64,000 nucleotides of DNA, taken from NCBI GenBank assembly GCA_026023565.1, contig JAPETS010000010.1, forward strand, positions 124,001-188,000. Reading direction: 5' to 3'. The position numbers and the translations under genes were made by a program. Every line of letters starts with the position of its first letter. Within the stretch, counting starts at the first letter, position 1. Source of the DNA: Cirrosporium novae-zelandiae. Lineage: Eukaryota. Shown here in pieces: positions 52,598 to 64,000 of this stretch. The notes beneath the pieces are model-generated. The model did no database searches and was not told the origin of the DNA. It saw only the letters and a program-made list of their open reading frames with translations.

Positions 52598-55500
52598 TTA
52601 ACACCACCTTGCGCTTTCTCGTTCTTGCTCTATTCTCGCAGCTCGACCAACCTCATCCTCGTATTTATAAGACATCCGCCTCGCTCCTGATGTTCCTTGC
52701 TTGATGTCTCGTCGGCTTGGTCCTTTACTGTCGCGACCCGCATTCATCGCCTCTCGTCGCTGCTGCTCTTTGAGTAACCTTTCTCGATTCCGAGCTTCGC
52801 GTTCGAGTGTATGCTCATCCTTTTCTGGTTCAGCTGGGGCAGTCTTCTCTTTCTCTTTTTCACGTCGGCTACCTTTTGTTTCATCTTCTTCGCGCTTACT
52901 GCGGCGTGACCGATGTCGATGCGAATGTTCAGTATCATCAAGGGATTCGGAACGGTCCCGACGGGAGCGTTTACGCTCCAATCCCTTCTCCTTACGACTC
53001 TCCCGATATTTAATTGAGCTGTCTTTATCTCGAACTGTTGTATCAGTGGTGCCATTTACTACCTCAATAGGGTTCGTAGCTGGCGTTGGGGTTTCATCTG
53101 CTGCATCGTCTGCAGGAGATCTCGATCTTTTTCTTCGATGGCGGCGTTCTCTACTTCTATTTCTATCACGATGGGAGCGATGTGATGATCTGTGCTTGTG
53201 ACTACTTCGACGATCCCTATCCCGATCGCGACGAGATTTTCTAGCCGAGGAATCCGCGGATGAAGACCGTGAAGGTTCGGCATCACCTGCTTTCTGGCTC
53301 TCGTCGTCTCCATCTTCATATTTCCGCGATGACTTCCGTCGCCGATATTCCTTTTTCCGCTCATATTCGCTATCATCCTCCGACTCGCTCCTGGAGCGAT
53401 GACGATGGTGACGAGATCTGTGTCTTGATGTAGAACTTGACGGCGTTTCCTCGGGTTCACGAACAGGCGAAGCGCTTGATTAAATAACATTAGTATATTT
53501 TCTCCAGGAGAACGAATAAAAGTAGCTCACCTTCTTGACCGAGTATTTCCATTAACAGCTCTAGAAGCACGCCCAACAATTGAAAACTCTTGGTTTCTCA
53601 TTCCTGTATTAGGGAGACCTTGTCGAAGAGCTTTTGGGGCAGTGGGTGCTCCTACAACACCCTGCCCTTTTGGGGCCGTGGGAACATTATTAGGAAGCTC
53701 GTTGTTTGCTGGCTGTGTTGCATAAGGGTTAGAAACATTAACATTTTGTAAGTATCCACCACGACCCCGGAAACCGCCCCTGACATAACCACGACCAGTC
53801 CCTCGTCCTCGACCCATGAATGAATGGGATGGATCCTGCTGAAAGCGACCAGAAGGCCCAAGAGGTGCTGATGGAGGAGCCATTGATCCTCTGGGCGCAC
53901 TGGGCATATCGATATGGTCGAGCGTTGGAATTGGTGATGGCTTATTCTCGTCAACAGAAAGTACGGACTCGATGGGTACTGGCTTTTGTTCCTGGGGCTC
54001 TGGGCGTTCTTCTACCAACTTATCAGATTTCTTTTCAGCTGGCTCATCTCCATCTGTAACGGTAGGCGCTTTTGCATCAGCATCAGTAGAAAGTTCACCT
54101 TGTGGCTCGTTAGACGTTTCCTCTTTCGAATCAGCAGGCACCCTTAATGAAAGCTCAGGTTTTGATTCTGAAGGATTTGCTACCACATTCGGTTCAGTAG
54201 ACTTCACCTGCTGTTGTACAGCATTATTTTGGTGCTGTAACTGCGGCGGCAATTGATGGTCAAATGGTTGATAACTACCTGGATTACCTTGCATTGCCTG
54301 ACCGTAGCCACCACGACCACGATTACCATAACCAAGGCCGCGACCGCGACCACGGCCACGTCCATATCCTGGACCATTGGGACCATTATAGCCATTTTGA
54401 AACTGATTGTTTTGGAAGGTATGGTGATTGTACCCGTGCTGAGGCATGTTATATCCACCATAACCAATGTTAGAGCCGAAATCATTGCCCATGCCATTCG
54501 CAAATGGATTTGCATTGAATTTATCTTGGGACGCATTCCACATCGTATTCTGGTTATTCCATCCACCAAAATCGCCTTGTCCAGAATTGAAATTCATCCC
54601 TGAGCTCATGCCACCCATGTTATTCATATTCATTCCCGATCCACCAAAACCACCGTACATATTGGACATGGTTATCGGGTCAAAATTCATTCCAGGCATA
54701 CCTAAACTATGTCAGTCTGAGCATAGGGTCATACGGTGCTTAGAATACTTACCCATCATATTCGGAAAACCACCCATCATATTACCCATACCCCCATTAG
54801 ACATAAACTGCATCATCTGATTGTAATCTGCTGGGCTGAAGTTCATGTTGCTCATGTTGGGAAATCCAGTTGAATTATCGAAGCCAAAGGAGTTATTGAA
54901 CATTTGTCCTTGGCCAGAGGTCTGGCCAACAGATACATTATTTTCAGACTCTTGAGTAACCTCTTCCGTGGAATTATCTCCTGTCCCTTCACCGTTCCCC
55001 GTCACAATTTCAAGCTTGGATGTCTCTCGATGATCTTCAGATCCTTTCTCGTTACCATTGAGCTCTGTTCCTTCTAACCCAGCAGTTGGTGTCTGGTGAA
55101 TGTTAGTAAAAATGCCTCGCACAAACAGAATATCAAGTACAAACAAAGTAGTGATCATCACTAACCTCTATGGAAGGCTTGGGAATGTCAGACTGATCCA
55201 CCTCCACGTTTGAATCCACATTGGCCCTAGGACCATCAACCGGCTTATCGGAAGTGTCAGTTGGTGATTGTTCTTCCTTGATGACTGGAGTCTCTTCCCC
55301 AGCTGATGCTTTGGAGGTAGCTCGGGCGGAATCGACCGAAGGAGGTTTAACAGGTGGGGCTGGGGCCTTGTCCACCCGCTCCTTTTCTCGTAATGCCTCT
55401 CGCTTCTTTAGGAAAGCTTTGATCGTAGTTCGCATAGCTTTGTTTGGCTTGCATAGGTCGGGCGACACTGGAGTGTGGGCGCAAACGGGACAGCTTTCTG

Positions 55501-55773
55501 GCAAACTAGATTGACCTGGTTTTCAAGTAAGCACAACGTCTGGTCAGAAAAATTGAACTACGTTGGACATACAGCGTTCACATATAGCTTGCTCGCAGCA
55601 TGGTAGGCGGAAGGCATTGACAGCCAGCCTGCTGCAAATGGAACATCTCAGCTTGATAGGTATCTCGTCCAGCGGGATAGATCTTAAACCACCATTAGTA
55701 CGTCGAACCATTTAGTTAACAAGAGTACGCACTCAGCTAGCTCCAACTGAGCTTGGGATTGCTCAGAAGCCAT
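52598..55773 (-). CDS. RING-finger protein with G/M/N-rich, RGG and RS/RD-rich low-complexity regions, 5 introns
   Basis: LRCSIC...LPCCEQAICERC...CPVC; RGRGRG tracts; RS-rich C-terminus ending EQERESARWC. Confidence 0.8.
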
Positions 55774-56257
55774 CTTGAGAATTTGTGACGCGTGAGAAAT
55801 CTCTAAAAAAAGTGGTGATTTCCTCAAGCCTAATTGAAGATTTTTGTCATCATGTCAAGGAGGAAAGTGAGGTAATGAGTAGTAAACGGAAAAGATTTGC
55901 GTTGAAGGTGCAGAGGAAATAATGGAGGGATGTTGTTCTTGCATCTTTGAATGACTGAAAAGTCGTAGTCGCGGCAGTGTAGGGAGATCGAAAGGGTCTA
56001 GCCGCGATACGGTGGGGAAAAGCTACTTGGCCAGCAGATTCGGACAAGATTAACAACTATTATTTTATTTTCAAGGCCTTGATGCTAAGATAATTGTCAT
56101 AATATATAATAAAATTGTACATGGTACAAATCCGAATGCTTTTGCAACTTGCGAATGAGAAAATCAAGCCTTTCTACGTGCATTTTTTTCATTCGCTCTC
56201 TTCTGCCTGCCACCACGACGCCATGAGTCAAGGGAAAAAATATCTCGTAGTTTCACA

Positions 56258-57710
56258 TCATACATCATCGGGCCTCTTCTCACGCGTTCGATGCAGCGAA
56301 ATTGTCCAGAGAAAGAACACTAGTAGGCCTTGAAAGAGTTTTCGTATTAGCCGCTCGTCCTCTCCATACCCTACCTCTCCTCCAATATTATAGTGGGAAG
56401 CAATTCCGTTAACTATTAGTCGCAATCCTCCAAGCCTCTGCAGCCTGCTATTACCTAGAAACAGGGCAGCTACCGGCCATGCATGGATTTGACCTTGTTC
56501 TTGCCACTCAGATACCCTGATATTTTGATCACGTCTCAACCGCCCTATCCAACTACGAATTTCAGGAGCAAAAACTTCCTCGGAGCCATAGATGACAAAG
56601 ATAGGTATGCTAGGCATTGCATCGTTCCACTTCTCATCATTTTCCGGCCGTCCGGGTGAGATGAGGGGCATTTTCTCGTAGTTTCCTGATATGTATTTTC
56701 TCGCGTACTCATGCAACTCGTTCGTGTCGAGATAGTCGCTCGTGGTATTTTGGTGTTTCTGGGAGATGAGAGTTACCCATGGGCTAATGAGTATACACCC
56801 TCTAGGCTTCTGTAAAGGGGTTCTTCTAGATAATTTAGGAGAGCGTGAATTCTCTTCGACTCTCTGAGAATTATCGATTAAGAGTAGTAAGTTCAAGACC
56901 AATGTGGCACCAGCAGAATCTCCTGCAACGTAAATCTTATCGGATTCCTTATTAGCAATTTCGCTTATAAGATATTTGTATCCCGCAACGGCTTGCTCGG
57001 GTTGGGTCGGATAGGTCTTGTCTGGCACGAGGTCGTACTCAAGAGCGAAGATACAAGGGCTCCTAAAACCAACTTGTTGGAGTAGATGTAACCAGGCAAG
57101 GAGGAACTCGAGGTAAAAGTAAGGAGAACCTAAAGAAAAACCTCCGCCATGGATATAGTAGATGATAATATCAGGTTTGACAGATCCATCTATCAAGAGA
57201 CCTCGGAACTCATTCTACAGGGCTTGATGTCAGTAAGGAACAAATCCGCATATCCAAGGCTACCAACCTTCTCGATTCTCTCCAACGTAAACGGATCTAA
57301 AGACTCGAAAGGCCAAAAATACAAGTGGCGAAAGATTCGGTATTTTAGAAATCGACAAGAAACCGGCTTCGAGAGGGAAACTCGACACACATTTGCTGGA
57401 ACATTGGCAAAGGCATATCGAACACATCGTATGACGATATCCTGGAAGAGGGTGGCCTGCTGGACGAAAGGAGATTTACTTTTTGCAAACCATCTCTCAT
57501 GGAATAACTGAAAAGGTAACTTGAAAACTAGAGAGAAATCAATTCCATACAGATGCCTCTATGGTAACGGTTATAACCAGTACCTAGGAACAACAGAGCC
57601 CAGTATATAGTTTCAATCAAGGTTCTAATTGGGCAGTTCAAGATCAATTCAGGGACTAGAAAAATGACAAAAAATACGCAATCAAGATAAGAAATTGGCT
57701 TAAGAATCAT
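56258..57710 (-). CDS. Membrane-anchored alpha/beta hydrolase (Say1-like esterase/deacetylase), 2 introns
   Basis: Hydrophobic N-terminus; YIHGGGF, GDSAGA, LISPW, HAWP. Confidence 0.88.
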
Positions 57711-58018
57711 TATGGAATTCAAAAGAGGAATGAAGATCCGCTATGTGTATTAAATTGATGGTACTTGGAGGAGACTTGAAGGTATATCTAGTAGTTCTTG
57801 GTTGGAGTGTTTGCTTTGTTTGAACGAGGGTATCCGGATATCCCGCTATCATTACATACTGCCTACGCCATAACGAAACAGAAGCAAAATAAGACAGGAC
57901 AAATGGTTAATCAAATGGTCACTTCATATACGACCGTATCATTTATCATAGTTAACCAATTTTTACCGTAACCAGTCTCCCATCATACGCTTATCCGCAC
58001 ATATAGTAAGCAAACAGA

Positions 58019-61000
58019 TCATGCATTTAGATATGACGAGAACGGCGAGGGCTGGTTCACCAAATACAAACGATCAACCTCATCTGTCTCACAGACCATC
58101 TGCTTTTGTTTCTTAGCCAGCCTTTTCGCAACCTCGTTAGCATCATGCAGGCTAACAAGCTTTCGCTTCCCTGGGTTCTCGTCAGCCTTCTGTCGCAGGA
58201 GCCTCCACATTTCCACGTTTTCGTTTGTTGATTCGGTTGTGGGTAGAAATTTGGAAGGATGTCGAGTTGCGATCGGCTGAATATTATCAAAAGATCTATG
58301 ATCGATTCCTGGGGGGTTGCTGACGACCCTACGAAGGTAAGCGTTCTGTGCTACTTCTAGGGGCGTCATTCCGGTTGAGTTTTCCTGGTATAGAAGACTT
58401 GGGTCGAATTCGACCATTATTTTGCAGAGTTTGTGGAGACCCTTCTTTACAGCCATGTGGAGGGGATAATCTCCGGCTCCGTTCATGGTACGTAGGTCAT
58501 GACCTTTGCCGTATTTAAGAATCAGGCGCAGGATGTCTTCGCATCTAGGAAAGCAGTAATCATGTCTGTCAAGCCAAAGGGCGAGAGGCGTGAGAGCTCC
58601 AGGTCCGATTTTACCACATCTTTCTGTGAACATGGTTTCGACCAGGCGCTCATCGAGCAACGAAATTAATTTTTCAAACATGTCTGGAGAATTAAGGAAT
58701 GATCCTGTGGAGGCATAGTTAGGTTGCTTGTACTCAACCAACATGAAATGGATTAGGTTTCTGCCGCATGCGTCTCGAAGGGTTTGGGTGGCACCAGCAT
58801 CAACAAGGAATTTAACATGCGACACCTTGCGGAGTGAAAGAGCGAGATGCAGAGGTGTGAGGCCTTGAACGGTTTTATTGTTGATGGTGTCTGGGAAGTG
58901 GTGAAAAACCAATTTGACCAGATCGGTGGTATTATCCTGAGAGCTCGCCATAACTGCAATATGCAGAGCTAGTTTGTCTGCTAGGTATCAGCAACCAATC
59001 TAGTTATTAAGAGCAAGAGATTAGGTTACCTTGAGAGCTGAGCCATGAGGAGAGTGCTTTCTCTATGCCACCTTCGACCTCTGCAAGCGCTTGAATTCTT
59101 TTATCTCCTTTATGAGATTTGGCAAATTCACTGTACTTCCTCAAAGGTGCCTCGCTTAGATACCACTCCGTAGAGTCGATATTACCGGAGAAAATAGCAT
59201 CAACAGCAGGAGGAGTCTGATTTTCTATCCTCCTTGATACCGTGCCGCGCCCTGCATCTGCCCAGTCTTTGCGTTTCTTGCCATAGACATTCAGACCTTG
59301 GTAGTACTAGGAACATGTTAGTGAGCATTCTGGCAATTTCTGGTTTCTCGTTATGGCTTTTAGATGCCTTTCGGATGTAGATTGTGTTCATACCTGAGGT
59401 TTTTCTTGAACTACTTTAGCTCCAGAAGTGTTAACAAGTGCCTGAAGAGGTATGCCTGCTCCACTCCTTTTAATAATCTCACCACACATCTCTGTTCGAC
59501 CTAGATCAATGGCTGTTTGGAAATCGGTTATTGGAACTGAGAAGATATTTGACCCATTTTCGTCTTTCTCGCGGTTAGCACTCTCGGCCCCTATTTGCAA
59601 GAGAAATTTTAACAAGTGCATGTCGTTCTGAATTATTGCATAACGGAATAGCGTGAAACGTTCCCGCTGTGCACATTGATTGGTAACTATATTTCGAAAT
59701 TGCGTCTGCTATGATTAGATTTGCCGTTGCTTGTTTTATGAGCTAAGCTTACCCAGAAATCATTCCCTATCCCGAAACGTTGATACACGCCTTTTAGAGT
59801 AGGTATGTTCAAGTAGGCGTCAGTTTTCAGAAATTTTACAAACTGAGCAGGCTCTGTGAGAAGGCTGCTTGGCTTGATATGAGACTTAACCGAGTCCCCA
59901 ACGTTACCAATATCGGTAATAGTAAAGCGATCATCCACAAGCTGGGCATAAACATGGATCTCGTCATCATTTTCATTATCGGTGTATGCGGAGTCGTCGT
60001 CGCTGTCATATGGGGAGGCCATTTCATAACGATAACGTTGATCCCCATGTGGTTGATACTGAGCTTCTGCAATCTCCAAGACCGCTTTAGCAACGTTGTA
60101 GTGCCTGCGGAAAACTGCAATCGAAAATGGGTTGAAACCCGCAGTGTCACTTGCTGCGATTTTTAGCGGCAGATTTTTCTTTTCAGGACCCCAGAAGGAC
60201 AGTGTAAGCGATTTGATCGTTTGGAGGTCGCCAGCCCAAGCAGCTTCGAATCTGAGACGAGTGTAAGCCCTAAAAAGTTCTAAATATTGATGATGAAAAA
60301 GGGAATTCGTGGCCGAAACTAGCTTGGGGTTAGGGAAGGGCCCTTGCTCATATGAAACCTTGATTCTGGCTATGAGATGGGATATCTTCCCGTAACCCAA
60401 ACAAGAAAAAAGAATACCACACTATTTGCCATGAACTTACAATTCGAGATAGCCCTGTTTGGTTGTATCCGTCAGATTTCCAACTTTGAAACTAAAGGAT
60501 GGTTTCCAAGGATTCTTTTCGACCTCTCTATTAGGGCTGAAATGTAAGTTGCTAGGCTCAGGTTGAATCTTCGGTGGATATAACTCGGAGAGAGTTTTTG
60601 CTCCTCTTTTAATTAAATCCTTCCTAAGTTCTTCGAACTCATGTCTCAGACTCTCGATTTTTGCCTTTTTCTCTTGTAGGCCAGGTTCTTCCTTCGGGTG
60701 TGATAATTCTTCCTCGAGTCCTTCCGAGTAGGTCTTATGAACAAGTTTTGCTTGAGCTAACTCTGTCTCAAATAACGCCCGTTTATATGATCCTTCTTTT
60801 AGGCCCTCGAGGTAAACTTCATCACTTTCTAGAGCCTCGGCACGAATATAGACTTTCTTTCCATCGTATTCTTTCATGCTTTCTAGTTTGTGTATCACAA
60901 CATCGAGGAGAGAACCCCTTGCAAGGGTCGTCGACCTTAAGTAGTCCTGCGCGCAGCCCTTGGTCAAGGTATTCGGGTCAGCTCCATGTTCCAAAAGTTT

Positions 61001-63745
61001 CCGAATGATTGGGACGTTGTCGCTTGCAACAGCAACGATGATTGGTTGTTCCACATTGCTGGACCACATCTTTTTATTTTGCTCTACATCTGAAGACGTA
61101 GCTTGGTCAAACTGGCGCTCCCAGGCGCGCATGAAAGGCTCGAACCCAATGGAGACCTCGGCTCCGTATTTAAGAAGCGTATCGACCATGGCCACATTCT
61201 CATTACCTATTGCAGTGAGAAGTGGATTGTTCACTGAAGGGTTATGCTGCCACCCCTTTACACTCAGATGGTTCAACGCTGCTTTGGCAGCGGGCTCATC
61301 AAGCTCAAATAATAAGTCCAGAACCTCTGTGGCATTGTTCGACACCACATAATGAAGAACAGACGCCTGGTTCATATCTGCTTGAGAAGAGGTTGCCCCT
61401 AGCCCAATAAGCTTCTTGACGACCTCGACACATCGCTCAAGAGGGATTTGCAATGCAAGGATTATGGTGAGAATTGCAGCCTTGGGATTTCTGCTATAGG
61501 CATCGATGATTTTGACCGGAAGCAATACATCGGCCCCAAATTCCATCACAAGCTTGTCAATAACTTCCAGATGACCACCGAGGATCGCAAGATGAAGAGG
61601 GCTGAAAGGGTTGTCCCATGCAAGAACGTTGACATCAAAGACATCTGGCTCATCCTGGTTATCATCAGGTATTGTGGTTGCTTGTTCGACCTCGCTTTTC
61701 ACTTTGACGAATGATCCTTCTGTCATTGTATGAGACTCGTCACTGCTACTATCGTCGATGATAATAGAGGCATCATCGTCACTCTCGTCGCCTGTATTAG
61801 TGGTACCTTCATTTTCCTTGATTGAAACCTTTTCAGCTTTCTTTGCGGCTTTCTTCTCCTCATGTTTGCGTTCCTCCTCTTCCTCGTTCGCCTCACTCTT
61901 TTCGAGCAATGCTTTGACCATCTCAACATTTCCTTCCCTTGCTGCGATATGGAGGGCTGTGGATCCATCGTAAAGTCGCGAAATCATCCGCGCACCATTG
62001 TCAATCAAGTATTTAACAATTTCTGGTGAGCTGCACATGGTTGCTAAATGGAGGGGTGTTCTTCCGGTATGGTCCCTACGATTAACGTCAACACCTTCTT
62101 GTCCACACCAATCTTGGACGTGTTCGAAATCTTTATCCACAATGGCCTGGCAAAGGCGAGTCGTATTACCAACATATGCCATTTCAGTCCAGTCATCGGC
62201 AGTAATTGGGTGAAAGCTTCCAATAGCTTGACGTCCAGGATCATCTTTGATAAATTGGATTTCCCCTGATATGAACGTTTTGGACTCTTCTTCTGCAGCT
62301 TCCTTTTCTTCATCCGTTACTGGATTAGGACAATCACCACAGCAGTCATGGATAACATCTTCAACAAAACCGAAAAAAGCTGGATGGCGATGGAGATGAA
62401 CTTCACGGTCATCTGGTTTGTTCCACTCTGCATTTAGGAGCAGATCCTTGGTATATAGGAGTCTCTCAATCTGTCTCATTATTAGGAAACACTCCCACAT
62501 TTTCTGAAAGGGTTAGATGGTAATCGCTGGGAAACTAACTCGTTTTGCAGTAAATCTTGGCCCATAAGGTATACTAAATGTGTGGTAATTGGAAACATCT
62601 TCCTCGTCGACCCACTCCGGAACGTCGTCGGGAGCATCCTCCTTGATATTTCCATGTAGTCGGTTTCTATTTCGATACCGATACGAATAAGGTAACTCGG
62701 GCCTACCGCGCTCAGCCCTGCGCTTTGCTAGGTACGCATCCCGATCGTCCGGCTTCGGTAGCTTTTCAACGACAAGGATGCGGGCGAGGCCTACCATCCT
62801 CGAGAGATTCCTTTCGAAAATGGTTGGGTCAATCCTAGAACGGTCCAAAGCAGACCAAAAGACCTCAAATCCACGATGAGAGTACTTGGAAAGGCGATTT
62901 TCGTAGGATGGGGATCGGCGAGTTAAATCTATGGAGTTAATTTGAGTCATATATGCTGCTATAGCACGGGGGGTAGCATAAACTTGAGACCCGTCGAATG
63001 CGACACAGGAACAGTCGACATCAAAGCCGGTCAAAATTTCCGAGACACTCTTGTACAGGCGAAGAACAATCTGGACATGGCGAGTAGGATATTGAGAGAC
63101 AATGGTGATGGCATTCTTTGTTCGAATTGTTGTTGTCTCATGGAGTATACTGTCTCTGATGCTAGCTTCAATCTGCGTTATCTTTTTGATGGCTTCCTCT
63201 TCATTCAGACCATAGAGAAAAAGGTCGACATCTGAAGCAGGTGCTAGTTTCTCGTGATAGTACTCTCGAAGAGCTCTTTTAGTTGAGCCATGCTCCTCTG
63301 AGACGGGCAGTAGTGCTGTAACCACCGAGCTTCCAGCAGCGACAACATTGCTCCAGTCCAGATCGACCAAAGAAGATTCGGAAAAAAGATTGAAGTTGGT
63401 TTTGAAATCTTTCAAAGAGTTGACAATAGCTGGGGAATTGTCCTTCCTTCGTAATTCATCGGAGATTTGAAACATGTATTTCTCCTTGGTTTCTTCAGTT
63501 TCGCTATCCAATTGTCGAGCATGGATCTTGAGTTGGTTTTCATGGCCTGAGAAGATTGGGACAGTGTTGACATAATGGTCATTTAAGACCTTGTTGCTAG
63601 GATCTTGAGCAAAGACTTCACGTAACTTTGCTTCATATTTCTTGAAGGGCTCGACAGCAGTGGCAATGGAAGTATTGGAATCAGCATTTTGGGCGATATA
63701 AGGGATGAAATCTGGAAGTGAAACTGGCAACTGGGGAAGCTCCAT
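58019..63745 (-). CDS. Large ankyrin-repeat protein with N-terminal nucleotidyltransferase-like domain, 5 introns
   Basis: Ankyrin repeats (GRTPLHLA, GSTALHIAA, SPLHLAI, GLTPLHLA, GDYPLHMA, GMTPLE); N-terminal AAGSSV...DVDLFL...GFDVD...RLSKYSHRGF; all exons join in frame through GT-AG introns. Confidence 0.9.
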
Positions 63746-64000
63746 TGTAGAATTGGCGGGGTCAATTGAGAGATGGATGTTCAATTGAGAAGATTGAAGA
63801 AGAATATGTCAGTAGAAGATGTTTTAGTAGAAGTTGAATAGCATAAAGAATGTGAGAAGAGAAAATTAAGACCATTGCAGGTCTTAAATAGAAGAGAAAA
63901 AGGAAAGTGTGCAGTGCTGAATTCAATCATAGCAACAAAGTCTAAGATGAGGTCCCTTGAGGATACATAAGGCAACAATAGGAGCCTTGACGTATCCAAC

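Noticed and set aside
60252..60440. Long intron with internal CTAAC..AG as a possible stwintron or alternative exon
   Set aside because: The internal acceptors give a frameshift or stop, and no split donor can be reconstituted.
62471..62539. Second branch site and acceptor (CTAAC...CAG) inside ankyrin-gene intron 1, which would add KMWECFLIMRQ in frame
   Set aside because: It needs a 36-nt intron, shorter than any other in the window, and there is no second donor for a stwintron.

Overview
Intron-rich filamentous ascomycete DNA, probably Eurotiomycetes (inferred from the gene set and GTRNGT/CTRAY/YAG introns). Gene-dense housekeeping blocks are MDL1, CDC37, CLC1, RTT103, TLG2, calmodulin, MED20, a GH47 mannosidase and the npgA PPTase, and later URA7, a RING protein, an alpha/beta hydrolase and a large ankyrin protein. 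They alternate with microsatellite-rich, low-complexity spacers. The central accessory-looking zone holds an MFS sugar/inositol transporter, a Zn2Cys6 factor, a HeLo-like/ubiquitin-like gene, a foldback MITE-like element, a decayed isoleucyl-tRNA synthetase copy, an esterase, a CYP65-like P450 and an SDR. The most notable observations are four: (1) a large protein fusing an apparent nucleotidyltransferase-fold N-terminus to ankyrin repeats, a candidate sensor-enzyme; (2) an obligatory 52-nt intron with AT-AC termini in CTP synthase; (3) a 1.35 kb IleRS pseudogene with RIP-like changes, a retained intron and an internal 13-bp expansion; (4) a ~245 bp foldback element. Gene spans include introns, and boundaries were read by eye.
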